Below, piece after piece: positions 1-12,427 of a DNA stretch of 64,000 nt. A model generated the notes under the pieces. The model was not told where the DNA came from, ran no database searches, and saw only the letters and a list, made by a program, of their open reading frames with translations. A program made the position numbers and the translations under genes. Each line of letters begins with the position of its first letter. Position 1 is the first letter of the stretch. The stretch covers positions 65,968,001 through 66,032,000 of the forward strand of contig OZ024743.1 in assembly GCA_964016885.1 (NCBI GenBank). Reading direction: 5' to 3'. This DNA is from Eledone cirrhosa (taxonomy: Eukaryota).

Positions 1-2
1 CC

Positions 3-701
3 CAGGCGCTCACGGCTATCTGGCAAGCGGACCCGACTGTCAGTGGAGAATCCACCTCGACATTCTATAGAGGGTTGGTGGCTAGCAGGGGCGACGACAC
101 CCTTGGAGAGTCGCTAGGCATGGAGGAGGACGAACTGGCCAGCCTGTTCGGTAGAACTTTCGGCCCGGGACCCATGGACAACTTCCAGAGGTCCCTAGCC
201 TGGCAGTGTTACCGGGGGGCTCTGCCCGTTCGAGAAAAGCTCTACAGACACGGGCGCCCGGGCAGGGATCCCGCGAAAAAGATCTGTCCCAGATGCGTGC
301 GCGACGAGGAAACCGTTGCGCATGCACTGGTACACTGCCCGGGCGTTGCCGATCTGTGGGGCTACGTCGAACGACTGCTGTCGCGTGTGGCGCCGATTCG
401 ATTAACCGCCGAGTCTGTGGTGAACATCAAGCCGCCTCCTCCCTTCAGAAATGAAGCAGAGGCGGTCTTTCTGTGCGTAATAGCCATGATGAAAGAGGTT
501 GTGTGGTGGACGCGCCTGAAAGGTCTGAGGTCGGGTGACTTTCTCTCCGGCCATCACCTGGTTTACTTCTTCCGATACCACTTCGGAAGAAGAATCAGGA
601 TGGAGAGAGAAGTGCTTGGTCCCAGACAGTTTTATGAAAGGTGGGTGAAAGAAGCGAGAATGGCCCGTGTAAATGGGCCTTCTCTCTACATTGTTCTGTA
701 G
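3..701 (+). CDS. 3' part of Tx1/L1-like non-LTR retrotransposon ORF2 (C-terminal zf-RVT/CCHC region), partial at window edge
   Basis: Frame open from position 3 to TAG at 699-701. Contains W..YRGALPVREKL and CPRC-x7-AHALVHC..V..LW, typical of the L1/Tx1 C-terminal zinc knuckle. GC-rich compared with the flanks. Confidence 0.85.
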   Translation, partial: QALTAIWQADPTVSGESTSTFYRGLVASRGDDTLGESLGMEEDELASLFGRTFGPGPMDNFQRSLAWQCYRGALPVREKLYRHGRPGRDPAKKICPRCVRDEETVAHALVHCPGVADLWGYVERLLSRVAPIRLTAESVVNIKPPPPFRNEAEAVFLCVIAMMKEVVWWTRLKGLRSGDFLSGHHLVYFFRYHFGRRIRMEREVLGPRQFYERWVKEARMARVNGPSLYIVL

Positions 702-935
702 GTGAAGAAGTGAAGAGGAAAGGGGGAGCGCCTCCTCTCTGGGCTTCCCCCGCGAAAAGAGTTGCACACTTTTCGGGGGTATGTGCAATCCCCAACACGC
801 CCCCTCCCTTTTGAGGACTTTTTATTGTTATATTATTATTGTTATTCCTTTTTTCTTTACTCGATTTATGTAAACTCCCCCACTGTGTAAATGTCCCCTT
901 CTTTTGTGCCCTCGTGGCAAATAAATAGAAATTTA
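702..935 (+). mobile_element. 3' UTR of the Tx1-like element with AATAAA
   Basis: T-rich UTR ending in gcaaataaatagaaa (~917-931). Confidence 0.65.
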
Positions 936-1147
936 TCTTAGAGACTCATTAACGTCCTTGTATGTCTATATTCCATAGTACAGCTAAACTAAACTAGACT
1001 GTTCAGGTAAACTAAACTGACGGCATGTCGTCGTCTTTAATGTTGTTCACCTGTAGACTAATAGGATTAGAGAACATATCAAATTAGATATGTTTTACAT
1101 CATTTAGGCCAAGGATTCGTCTTTCATTGATTCAGTTAATTTTTCAT

Positions 1148-1415
1148 GCATGTTTGCGTGTGAGCGTGTGTGAAAGAGTGTGTGTGTGAGTGAGTGTGAA
1201 TGTATGAAGGTGTGTATTTGTTCGTAAATGTCTGTGTGTGAGCGTATATATTTGTTTGTGAATGTGTGAAGGTGTGTTTTTGTTCGTGAATATATGTGTG
1301 TGTGTATTTGTTCGTGAATATATATATATATGTGTGTGTGTATGTATGTGTGCGTGCGTGCGTGAGAGTGTATAGATGTCTGTGTGAATGTGTGAAGATG
1401 TGTATTTGTTCGTGA

Positions 1416-1450
<35 letters not shown>

Positions 1451-2680
1451 TGTATATATTTGTTCGTGAATGTATGTGAGTATGTGCCTGTGTGTGTGTG
1501 AAGTGTATATATGTTTTTGTGAATGTGTGGAGGTGTGTATTTGTTCGTGAATGTGTGTGTGTGTATTTGTTTGTGAATGTGTATGTGTGTCTGAGTGTGT
1601 GTATTTGTTTGAGAATGTGTGTCTGTGTGTGTGTCTGAGTGTGTGTATTTGTTTGTGAATGTGTGTATGTGTCTGAGTGTGTGTATTTGTTTGTGAATGA
1701 GTGTGTGTGTGTATGTGTGTGAATGTCTGTGTGTATGAATGTGTGTGTTGTTGTTGTTGTGTGTGTGTATAAATTTATGTATGTGTGTATGTGTGTGTGT
1801 TAGTGTGAGTGTGTGTATGTGAATGTGTGTCCATGTATGTGTATGTGTATGAGTGTGTGTGAATGTGTGTGCGTGAATGTGTGTGTGTGAATTTGTGTGT
1901 GTATATGTGTATGTGTATGTATAAGAGTGTGTTAGTGTGTGTATGTGAATGTATGTGTATGTATGTGAGTGTGTGTATGTATGTGTATGTTTATTTGAGT
2001 GTGTGTGTATGTATGTGTATGTGTATGTGTGTATGTATGTATGTGAGTGTATGTATTTGAATGAGTATGTATGTATGTGAGTGTATGTATGTGTATGTGA
2101 ATGTGTGTATGTATGTGTATGTGTGTATGTGAGTGTATGTATGTGTATGTGTATGTGTGTATGTGAGTGTGTGTATGTATATGTATGTGTGTATGTGAGT
2201 GTGTGTATGTGTGTGTATGTGTATGTGTGTATGTGAGTGTGTATGTATGTGTATGTGTGTATGTGAGTGTGTGTATGTATGTATATGGGGGCGTGTGTGT
2301 TTGTGTATATGGGAGCGTGTGTGTGTGTATGGGAGCGTGTTTGTGTATATATGGGAGCGTGTGTGTGTATACATGGGAGCGTGTGTGTGTGTGTGTATGG
2401 GAGCGTGTGTGTGTGTGTGTATGGGGGCGTGTGTGTGTATATGGGAGCGTGTGTGTTTGTGTATATGGGATCGTCTGTGTGTGTGTGTGTGTGTGTATGG
2501 GGGCGTGTGTGTGTGTATGGGAGCGTGTGTGTGTGTATGGAAGCGTGTGTGTGTATATATATGGGAGCGTGTGTGTGTGTGTATATGGGGGCGTGTGTGT
2601 GTAGTTGTATGTGTTTGTGTACGAGCATGTGTGTATGTGAATATATATATATATGTGTGTGTGTGAGTGTGTGTGTGCAT
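1148..2680. repeat. Compound (TG)n-derived micro/minisatellite (tgtatttgttcgtgaatgtg, atgtgt and tatgggagcgtgtg sub-arrays)
   Basis: Degenerate TG-based units visible directly; the overlapping HT/VC ORFs are artefacts. Confidence 0.95.
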
Positions 2681-2685
2681 ATAAT

Positions 2686-3130
2686 CCTACCTTTATCTAT
2701 GGTCATGAATCTTGGGTAATGATCTAAAGAATACGATTACGAATTCAAGCGACCGAAATAGGGGTTCCTCCGAAGGGTCTATGGCGCAACGTTACTCGAT
2801 AGAGTGCGTAGCTCGGAGATCAGAGAGTCACTCCAGGTAGAGCGACTACTTCTCCGAATTGAGAGATCGCAGCTCTGATACTATGGACATGTGGTTAGAA
2901 TGTCTCAGGAATGAATTGCTGAACAGATTTTACAGGCAAAACCAACCGGTGGGAGACCCAGGGGTAGACCCCGAGAAAGATGGTTGGATAACATCCACAA
3001 GCTTGGCTGGTCTCTCTTGGGGATCCAGTCGGATCAGTTGGAAACGGTTGCTTCTGACAGGACCTGCTGCAAGGAGTGTTTAAGGACTCTGCCCCCACGA
3101 CACACTCCGGAATAAGTGGGGAATGAAGAA
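2686..3130 (+). mobile_element. RTE-clade LINE 3' fragment (decayed)
   Basis: Translates PTFIYGHESWVM*..GFLRRVYGATLLDRVRSSEIRESLQVERLLLRIERSQL*YYGHVVRMSQE, which is an RTE C-terminal region. Paralogous to 52748-53470. Confidence 0.85.
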
Positions 3131-3337
3131 TTTTGTTGGACTTTGTCGTTTATATTTTGAAAAAACCTACATATCCCTATATATACCTTTTATACCTTGA
3201 AAAGGGAGTTGATCCTCCAACGATTTCTAACTATTTCAGTTGTTTAACTGATCTACAAACTCATTGAATTATCCTACATACATACCTATACACACATACA
3301 TATGCACACAAGCACCCATGCATACACACACACTCTG

Positions 3338-3374
<37 letters not shown>

Positions 3375-3540
3375 CGCAAATAAGACCGTTGTTGCCCAAT
3401 TTGTCTACTCCAGGAAACAGAAAGCACGCACACAAACGCCTGCGCAAAGAGAGACAACAATAAATGAGAGACAAGTAAATAGATAAATAGAATAGAAAAA
3501 GAAAACATTACAGCAATACAACGGGAGGAAACATAATAGT

Positions 3541-3582
3541 ATCACTGACGATGTCACAGGTGTGTGACGAAAGAACTCTGAG
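3541..3582 (+). ncRNA. Minimal type I hammerhead ribozyme (PLE-type)
   Basis: tca-CTGACGA-t-gtcaca(ggtg)tgtgac-GAAA-gaac-TC-tga. Same family as 28704-28746. Confidence 0.7.
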
Positions 3583-3762
3583 TGACTATATTTATATATT
3601 TTTATATGTTTTTAACTGTTGGTCAATCAATGATAAACATTGATTGCCAGCTGAATTAATTATAGAAGTATAAAATATACGGAAACGAAAACCAACGAAA
3701 CAGTGAGTGTGTTATTATATATTTCTTTGTAGTATAATATTATATATTTCTTTGCGCTTAAC

Positions 3763-3952
3763 GAGCGGTGGATTGGCAGTATCGGTAGAGGGTCGGACGC
3801 CATGCTTTCCAGCATAGTTACGTCCCTTTACGATCTGAGTTCAAATCCCGCCGAGGTTGACTTTGCCTTTCATCCTTACGGGGTCGATAAAATAAAGTAC
3901 CAGTAATGAACAGGTAATTGCTGGCCTTGTGCCTATATAAGAAACCAATATT
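3763..3952 (+). mobile_element. tRNA-derived SINE, family S1
   Basis: A-box-like tggcagtatcgg, B-box gagttcaaatcc, body gcctttcatccttacggggtcgataaaataaagtacc, tail ggccttgtgcc..gaaac. More than 20 copies in the window. Confidence 0.9.
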
Positions 3953-3969
3953 ATAACATGACCTTCCCC

Positions 3970-4000
<31 letters not shown>

Positions 4001-4088
4001 CATACATATACATACATATATATATATATATATACATACATATACATACATATATATACATACATATACATATATATATATACAAATA

Positions 4089-4120
<32 letters not shown>

Positions 4121-4243
4121 GACGTAGTTACACATCAGTTAGTTCACCGTACCAAACTTCTACCAAACTCGTCCCTTGGACTGAGTGCTCTACTACTACG
4201 GATATAACCCACCAATATTCTACTATTATATACACACACACAA

Positions 4244-4274
<31 letters not shown>

Positions 4275-4527
4275 ATTATATACACACACAAAGAGACGAA
4301 GAAGGGGAAGATGAAGGAGGAGGAGAAACAGATAGTGATGGCAAATGTGATATTAATGTTTGATTAATGTTTAATGTAAATTAATATCATAATATTGAGA
4401 AGTGCAGGGGCGTCGTTGCTTAGTCATCTTGCTGGATGCAAGTAGTTAAAATGACAACAATTCCAATAATAGCAACAATTTCTTCTCCTCTATTCAAATA
4501 CAGTCATATCCTTTTAGTCTCCTTCAA

Positions 4528-4808
4528 CAACGCCAGGATACTGACACGGAACATAACCCAACGCCAGGATACTGGCACTGGACATAACACAACGCCAGGA
4601 TACTGGCACTGGACATAACACAACGCCAGGATACTGGCACTGGACATAACACAACGCCAGGATACTGGCACTGGACATAACCCAACGCCAGGATACTGGC
4701 ACTGGACATAACCCAACGCCAGGATAGTGACACTGGACATAACACAACGCCAGGATACTGGCACTGGACATAACACAACGCCAGGATACTGGCACTGAAC
4801 ATAACACA
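4528..4808. repeat. 31-bp tandem minisatellite, ~9 copies
   Basis: Unit acgccaggatactggcactggacataacaca; period 31 (4561, 4592...); no spacers. Confidence 0.95.
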
Positions 4809-5574
4809 AATATTCACGTAGACACCTCCACCAGTCCTGAAGTCCCAAAGAACATGCAACTAAAATCCTTTACGTAACTACAAATTCTAGGCCCCACAAT
4901 CAATAAATATTCTTGACGGCGATCTCACATCATCATCATCTTCTTCTTCTTCTTCTTCTTCTTCTTGAGAGGGTCACTCGTGAGGGTCACCAAACATGCT
5001 TTCTAGCTGCTCCTATCGGAGGCAACTATCACCAACTTATCCGGGTGGATTCCCGAGCAATACCAAATCAGGTTATGTATATTATCCAATTATCATACTC
5101 ATGAACCACCCATGGATCTCTTGCCGGTAGGTTTTGCCCGTAAAAATCCGTCCTGAGATTTTTATCTTAGATTCTTTTCTAATCAACTAAGATGTTAGCC
5201 TGAGAGGAATGCAAAATATTCACAATTCAACGAATTGTGTTTATCACAGGAACAAACATTGCGTTCAGTATTGACAATATGGCGTAAGAACCTTGGATAA
5301 TTATTTCAGGTCTCTGCGTTCTGAGTTCAAATCCCGCCGAATCTCGTTTATCTTTCATCCTGTCACAAACATTAAAGAAATGACCAGCTCAGTGATGGTA
5401 TGGCTCACTTTATCCCCTTCCATCCTTCCAGCTGTTAAATCTTGGATGTTTCGCTGGACCAAGGATGTGAGCTTCTCGCGGATATCTATGTGTGCTCACA
5501 ATTTCATGGGACACTTAAAACCCTTAGGGAAAGCATGGTATATACTACCAAGTTATACTAGATTTAGAGTGAAC

Positions 5575-6130
5575 ACCCATCATCATCATTGACAGCTCAG
5601 TCTCGGAAGACCATCCTTAATATGCCTGGAGTTATGTCTAGTCACTGGCATCGCCTGCTTTGACTGTGCGCACCGATGTATGAGTGACAGTCTTTGTTGC
5701 ACTTGGTGCAGATATATGTAGAGTCCTGGGTTATTGTTATGTCTGCGATGCGCTTTTTTCTGTCCCTCTTTTTTGCCGCAAGTTGACCTCTCATCGCATC
5801 TGCATCTCCGATGCCCTTGCGGAAAGTCTGACGCCAGACATCACCGTCCCCAGCCTGTCTCTCCCGAATGAAAAAAAGGGATGTTGCAGGCTTTCATGTC
5901 TGTCTTGCATGTATCCCTGAAACGGAGCGATGGGCGATCCACTCGACTGGTGTCAGTGGCCAGCTGTCCGTACAGGATGCCTCTTGGCAACCTCCCATCC
6001 TCCATACACCGAATATGTCCTAACAAACAAAGACTGCGATGGGTCAGCAGAGAATACATGCTGGGAGTCCTAACACGTTGTAGCATGTCATTGTGTGGGA
6101 TATGGTCCTGTCAGCTGACACCGCATGTAG
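5575..6130 (-). mobile_element. RTE/BovB-like LINE 3' fragment with terminal C2H2-like finger and (TGA)n tail
   Basis: Minus strand reads LGHIRCMEDGRLPRGILYGQLA..RPSLRFRDTCKTDMK, then TYICTKCNKDCHSYIGAHSQSRRCQ*, then gtcttccgagac..tgatgatgatg. Confidence 0.85.
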
Positions 6131-6501
6131 AAGGCAAAATAGGTTCTCATCTACCTCCAAAATCTCTCACGTGATGGCTCATAGCTCTGCAACCCAGTAC
6201 ACCACTTCAGCTGGCGGGATAAACCATGTGAGGGGGTAATGTTTACACTGCACCACTGGGCGGAAGAGCTGCACCTGACAGCCAGGACGGAAAAAGTCCA
6301 TGTTTGACTCAACGACCACGTCAACACCCACTACCAGATAGAATGACGAATTTTCATTTCGTGACTTACCATGTAGGAAGTAACATTCTGAAGTAGGTGT
6401 ATTATTACATAACCAAGTTAATGATATAAGGGGCCTTCATTTATATAACCCATCATCATTTAGTTACTTTGGTCTTTTCAAGTTCTCACATGCCGTATTC
6501 A

Positions 6502-6556
<55 letters not shown>

Positions 6557-6560
6557 TTAT

Positions 6561-6594
<34 letters not shown>

Positions 6595-6624
6595 ATCTAT
6601 CCATGTATCATTAACATTATACCA

Positions 6625-7007
6625 GCGGGGCGGTGGATTGGCAGTATCGGTAGAGAGTCAGACACCATGCTTTGAAGCTTAGAGTTACGTCCCTTTATGA
6701 TCTGAGTTCAAATCCAGCCGAGGTTAACTTTACCTTTCATCCTTACGGGTTCGATAAAATAAAGTACCAATAATATACTGGGTAATTGCTGGCCTTGTGC
6801 CAAAAATAGAAACAATTATCATTATACCAGCGGGGGGATTGGCAGCATTGGTAGAGCAGCATAGAGTTATGGCCCTTTACGATCTGATTTCAAATCCCGC
6901 CGAGGTTAACTTTGCCGTTCATCCATACGGGGTCGATTAAATAAAGTACCAGTAATGCACTGGGGTAATTGGAAGCCTTGTGCCAAAAGTAGGAACAATT
7001 ATCATTA
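6625..7007 (+). mobile_element. Two head-to-tail S1 SINE copies
   Basis: 6625-6822 and 6828-7007, each with A/B boxes and body. Confidence 0.9.
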
Positions 7008-7249
7008 TTTCAGCTATTCTTTTATTTTTCTTTCTTTGGTTTATTAATTAATTAATTAATTAATTAATTTGGTAAATCCATATTTATATTTGAAAGTTTG
7101 CAAGACAATCTCCAAATTGACAAGATTTAATATTAATGTCAAGAAGAATTTGTATCGTAAACTATGGCTTCCGGGCAGGAGTTATGTGTGCGTATGTATA
7201 CATAATTTGATTTTTTTTATACACCCTCTTTCTCTTTCTATATATATGT

Positions 7250-7326
<77 letters not shown>

Positions 7327-7412
7327 AATATCTATACATAAATCCCCCCGCACTCACTCTTTTTCTTTCCTTCTCTCTCTCTCTCTGTATATATATATAT
7401 ATATATATATAT

Positions 7413-7468
<56 letters not shown>

Positions 7469-7530
7469 GTATGTGGTTGACGGCTGAGAGAAAGGTGTAC
7501 TGAAAACCCAAGTACAGTTTTAATATTCAA

Positions 7531-7583
7531 GTTCTTGTCAAATGACCCTGTGATAAACAGGCGAAATTCCAGAGTAACAAGAC
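7531..7583 (+). pseudogene. Decayed hammerhead (core CAAATGA), paralog of 13156-13205
   Basis: tcttgt-caaatga-c-cctg..cagg-c-GAAA-ttccagag-TA-acaaga. Confidence 0.6.
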
Positions 7584-7598
7584 TCTCTATTTAGCCTT

Positions 7599-7667
<69 letters not shown>

Positions 7668-7819
7668 CTATTTATAGTTATGTATATACTATAAACAACT
7701 ATAAACAGGAAAGGTCAGGAATTTATTACTACCTTATTACCAGTAAGAGAAATAGCTCAATGTAAGAACATCAGGTGTTTTACGGAGCAGGAATATAAAA
7801 TATAAAATTAAGTAATACT

Positions 7820-8075
7820 TGCTTAATCTAAGACATCATTTACTCCTACAAGGTCAACATAAACAACTCTTCTAAAACATATATTTTGCTCTACTTCGAA
7901 CTGCTTCAAGCGAGATACAACTCGCACCTCCACTCTTTCAAAAAACACAATCTAGCCAACTCCACTTCACTATCTAGCTACGTACACTCTCTGAAAACTA
8001 GGAATAGAACATATACACTTCAATGGGATGACTCCAAACTAAGATGTTTGGAAGAAACAATTGTCAGCGATTAAA
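7820..8075 (+). mobile_element. Penelope-like element GIY-YIG endonuclease fragment
   Basis: Frameshifted YKVNINNSSKTY..ARYNSHLHSFKKHNLANSTSLSSYVHSLKTRNRTYTLQW, similar to the PLE ORF at 49856-50586. Confidence 0.75.
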
Positions 8076-8103
8076 TGATTTGAACATAACTTTGATACTT
8101 GTG

Positions 8104-8169
<66 letters not shown>

Positions 8170-8175
<6 letters not shown>

Positions 8176-9820
8176 TATAAACTTTCGGAACGGCACCAAA
8201 TTTGCACCATAGATGTAACTTTTTCCAAGTAAAAAAGTGAGGGTATTTTTGTCTACTGAATTTTGTTAAAAGATTAAAGACATAATTTAAATATTCACTT
8301 CCTTAAAATTTTCAAATGTCAACACTTCCGGTTATACGACATTCCTAACGTCTTCACGAACCAAAGTATCATCTTCCTGTTTTCTTTCGGTTGCAACGTT
8401 TTTCGAAATATTTACTTCTGCGTTCAAAGATTTATTTTTTTAGTTTCAGAAGATCCCGTTAAGGGTGAAAGCAGCGATTCTTTGCTTAAACTTTAATCTG
8501 TTATTTTAATATATATATATATAATTATATATTCGTGTACAGATATTTTTGAATACACGAAAACAAAATATAAACAAACGTATTTATTTCACGAAAGCAC
8601 AGACGGCTTATCCTCATTGTTACTGCCGATATGCCACCCAAAAAGTCCTAGCCTGGCCGCAAGATCAGCTTTTCCAGAAGAAAAAATGTTACTAGAGCAA
8701 CAGAGAGACTAAGCTTCGCGATTACCATCAAGAAAGCTCAGGGTCAAACCCTAAATGTGGCTGGCCTTCATCTGGGAAAACCATGGTCAATTGTATGTAG
8801 GATGCTCTAGGGTGAGCTCGCCAAACAATCTCTTCATCTTTGCTCCCGAGAGCCGAACAAAAAATATTGTATACTCTGAGGCTCTAACAATGTAATTTAT
8901 GTATTTTCTGTTACTTGGAATTTCCATTATGGTTGTACAAATTATTGTAAAGTTTCTTAAAAAATGTGTTCTCTGTTCAACCTTTATTGTTGTAACTATC
9001 AATTTTCTTTAACGTACTGGCTGAGAAAAGAAACCTACAATGAAAGAACATCTTAAAGTTTACCCAAGCCAAATGTATTTATTAACATTTCTATCTGCAG
9101 GTTCTTAGCAAGCTTACTGGCGCTTTAGTATGGTATTCAATTCTCATATCGTTTTTGATTGATATGGCGCATATATCGCAGCTATTCATATGTTTTAAAC
9201 ATTAGATAACGATTGCTGATGTATATTGTACGACAGAATTTGATGAAAAATATTTTGAATGAACAAATAAAAGAGATATAAAAGAGAAATGTTTGTTAGT
9301 TGGTTCCTTCGCTTATCACACGAAAAAAAATCGAAGTGACAATATAAAATATGTACAGAATTGGGATACAAGTATATCCAGGAAAGTTTATTTATACTAA
9401 TTTTATAACACCAAAGAAGAAGAAAGACATACCACGTATGTTAACCAACCTGACTGCTATTTCTAGCAGGTTGGGAATCAACCATAAGGATTCTTTCTCG
9501 AGTTCGTCGTCAATGATGATCGTGTTTCGCCGCCTATGTCTCCGATTCCAACGGTGGTTTACACAAGCACACACGCACACGCACACGCACACGCACACGC
9601 ACACGCACACGCACACGCACACACAGGAACACTCACACAGGCACACACTCACACACACATATATATATATATACACACACAAACACATATATACACAAAC
9701 ACACACACATATACACACACACACAATACACACACACACTGTAAACAAGACAATGCATTCAATACAGACGGTCTTCTCTTATCATTTGTTAACCTTGGCG
9801 AAGCTGGGTACCTCATCTAG
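8170..9820 (+). mobile_element. Non-autonomous, internally deleted Helitron
   Basis: 8706-8895 encodes the Pif1-helicase C-terminus RLSFAITIKKAQGQTLNVAGLHLGKP/HGQLYVGCSRVSSPNNLFIFAPESRTKNIVYSEAL*. The 3' end has a hairpin (ccttggcgaagctggg) and CTAG at 9817-9820 followed by T. The 5' end merges into (TA)n and is approximate. Confidence 0.8.
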
Positions 9821-9902
9821 TATATATATATATATATATATATAATTATATATATACGGGCGTGAGTGTATGTGTGTATGTATTTATGTATGTATGTTCT
9901 TC

Positions 9903-9942
<40 letters not shown>

Positions 9943-10199
9943 TTCTAACATAGACACAAGACTCTCTCATTGGAATTTACACAAAATTCAACTAGGTAGA
10001 TATGTATGCATGTCTGCATGCTTGCATTTGTAGATATGGATCTTATTGTATGTGTGGATGTGGATGTTTTGAGTTGTATGTGTGCATGTGCATATGCTTT
10101 GTATCTGTACAAGTGTATATGCAGTTATTAGATGCAGAACTTTTGGAATGTTTTACATATTTTACTGTTCCATTAATGGATTGTACTTGTAATTTCCTA

Positions 10200-10783
10200 A
10201 CTAACAGACTTGCTCAATAGATGGGCTCCTACGCTTCGAGGTCCGTGTTGGAGGGATATGATGCGACATTGAAATGTTGTCTGGACGGATGTGAGGCATC
10301 TGCCCCCCTGCTTACCTTTCAAGTAGAGGCGGTTTATGTGACTGTTGATGTGGAAGTTTCCGGTGTTGTTTAGAATTTTTTTGGAGTTTAACATCAATTG
10401 CTCGTCTATCGTCCAATCGAGTATTCCAAACGTTGGTGTTAGGACAGACACAGCAAAGACATTGTGATCCTTTGTTTTATTGTGCGCAGAGAGTTCCAAT
10501 GACCATATTTTTCTTAATCGGATGTAATATTCCCTGGTTACGCATCCTTATTATAAATACCATTATAGGATATATTCTCATTCATCCACAGGTATCTATA
10601 GCAGTCCTCATCAGATATCGGTGAAACAGTTAGGCCATTGATAAAAATGTTGCTAGCTTAGGTTGTAATTTTTCCTTGCTTTACAGGCATATATGAATAT
10701 TTATCTTGGCCAAACTCCATTCCTATATCCTTTGAGAATGTTGTAACCCGGTCAAAAATGTTCTTAATCCCATTTATGTAATG
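10200..10783 (-). mobile_element. R4/Dong-like (restriction-endonuclease-type) non-LTR retrotransposon RT fragment
   Basis: FSKDIGMEFGQDK, YRYLWMNENISYNG, NVFAVSVLTPTFGILDWT, INRLYLKGKQGGRCL. Confidence 0.8.
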
Positions 10784-10806
10784 GCAATGTATGTATGTAT
10801 GTATGT

Positions 10807-11280
10807 ACAAAGGGCGGAAGAACTCATAAGAGTCAACGGCCATCCAAAAGTGTGTAAATATGTATATACACGTGCACATATGTATGTATATGTATATGCG
10901 TATATACATGGGCGCATGTGTATGAATATGCGCGGGGACATAGAAAAAGTCGGGCTGGAAACCCAATTGCGCAGTTAAACCACTGGGAGTGAAGGACCCC
11001 TAGCTTGGTCAGGTCATTCTTCTAGGAGAAGGCAACTCAGGAAACTGGGACAACTCCGATATAAACATGCGGCTCAGTAGTTAGCGATGATGTTGATCTT
11101 TTCTTCATTTCGGGTTATAGCTACTGTCGCTCAGAGAGTGGGATTGGCTCAGTGCACAGTCTCTCCTCACTTAAAAAAGGATCTTCACATACAGGCATTG
11201 CACGGTAGCATTAATTAATAATTATTAATAATGGTATAACGTGCAATGGTCATACTCGATAAGGAGGGGGCAGCCATCAT
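10807..11280 (+). mobile_element. RTE-derived non-autonomous element, subfamily B (5'-truncated)
   Basis: Matches 14405-15030 and 19760-20312; contains the RTE-5'UTR-like ctaggagaaggcaactc; tail ctcgataaggagggggcagccatc(ATGT)n. Confidence 0.8.
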
Positions 11281-11392
11281 GTATGTATGTATGTATGTAT
11301 GTATGTATGTATGTATGTATGTATGTATGTATGTATGTATGTATGTATGTATGTATCAAAGTATGTATGTATGTATGTATCAATGTATGTAT

Positions 11393-11967
11393 CCTAGTAC
11401 AACCTGTCTCATGGTCGGGTTGTTGGCGATTAAACTGGCAACGCCACCAAGGTTTCTTGGTGAGGAGGGTGACTTTGGACATCCTGCAGGACTAAAAACA
11501 AAACCTGTCAAAGGGCAAAGGAGCTCTTAAGAGTCAATGGCCATCCAAAATCACCGGAAGAGATGACCCCTTAGCCTTTGTCAAGGCAGAATTCTAGGAA
11601 AAGGAAAACTCTGATATAACACCTGCAACCCTGATGGTATCCAATGATGTTGACTTGTTCTTCTTTTTGGTAAATATCATATTGGTTAAGAGAGTGGGAC
11701 TGGCTTTGTGCAGTGCCTTTGTTCACTATAAAAGCTTCACGGCACAGGCATTGCTTTATATCTGGAGATTTCTCTGCACTTGTCGTCACATGGTACCATG
11801 GGCCCAGCACTATGTGTAAATAATTGTCACAAGTGTAGTGTTTGTACCAGAGTTTTCAAGTCGCTGGCTGGACTAAAAAGTCACACTCGTTCAGCCCATC
11901 GGTAGGGCTTCTCCTACATGGATATAAAGTAGTGGCCGTACTCGAAAACGAGTTGGCAGCCACCATC
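11393..11967 (+). mobile_element. RTE-derived non-autonomous element, subfamily A
   Basis: Near-identical to 26448-27017 and 62467-62977. 3' part encodes the remnant [25 protein letters not shown] finger; (ATGT)n on both sides. Confidence 0.85.
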
Positions 11968-12033
11968 AATGTATGTATATATGTATCAATGTATGTATGT
12001 ATGTTTCAATGTATGTATGTATATCTCGTATTA

Positions 12034-12112
12034 CTATCTGATGAATTCAAGCCGTTGGCAATGCAGAAATCACACCACCTAATCGCCGAGCCTAGCGAAA
12101 TATCTATAATAG
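12034..12112 (+). ncRNA. Type I hammerhead ribozyme with long, degenerate stem II
   Basis: ctat-CTGATGA-...ttggcaat..atcgccga..c-GAAA-tatcta-TA-atag, followed by gaataaa. Confidence 0.6.
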
Positions 12113-12305
12113 CTGAATAAATTAGTGCACAACTGCATATGGCCTTCGATAATATTTACTGATCCCCCCTCTCTCTCCCTCTTTTTTTCTTTCTCTATCC
12201 CCTTATCTCTCCCTCTCTCTTTATCTGTCCCTCTCTCTCTCTCTTCCTCTCTCCCCCCTCTCTCTCTCACTCTCTCTTTATATATATATATATATATATA
12301 TATCG

Positions 12306-12387
12306 AAAACACACATATAAATATATTCGGGTATGTTCAAAGCTGGTGAGGGGAAGGGCTTCCCCAGGTATAATGTGTCTATATCTG

Positions 12388-12427
<40 letters not shown>

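Noticed and set aside
1144-2719. 520-aa His/Thr-rich ORF and the many YI/HT/VC/MYVC ORFs across the window
   Set aside because: These are translations of di- and tetranucleotide microsatellites, which lack stop codons by construction.
4528-4808. CRISPR-like array of 31-bp repeats
   Set aside because: Units abut with no unique spacers, there are no cas genes, and the context is eukaryotic; it is a minisatellite.
10600-10620. CTGATGA on the minus strand
   Set aside because: It lies inside R4-like RT coding sequence (ISDEDCYRYL), with no partner GAAA stem.
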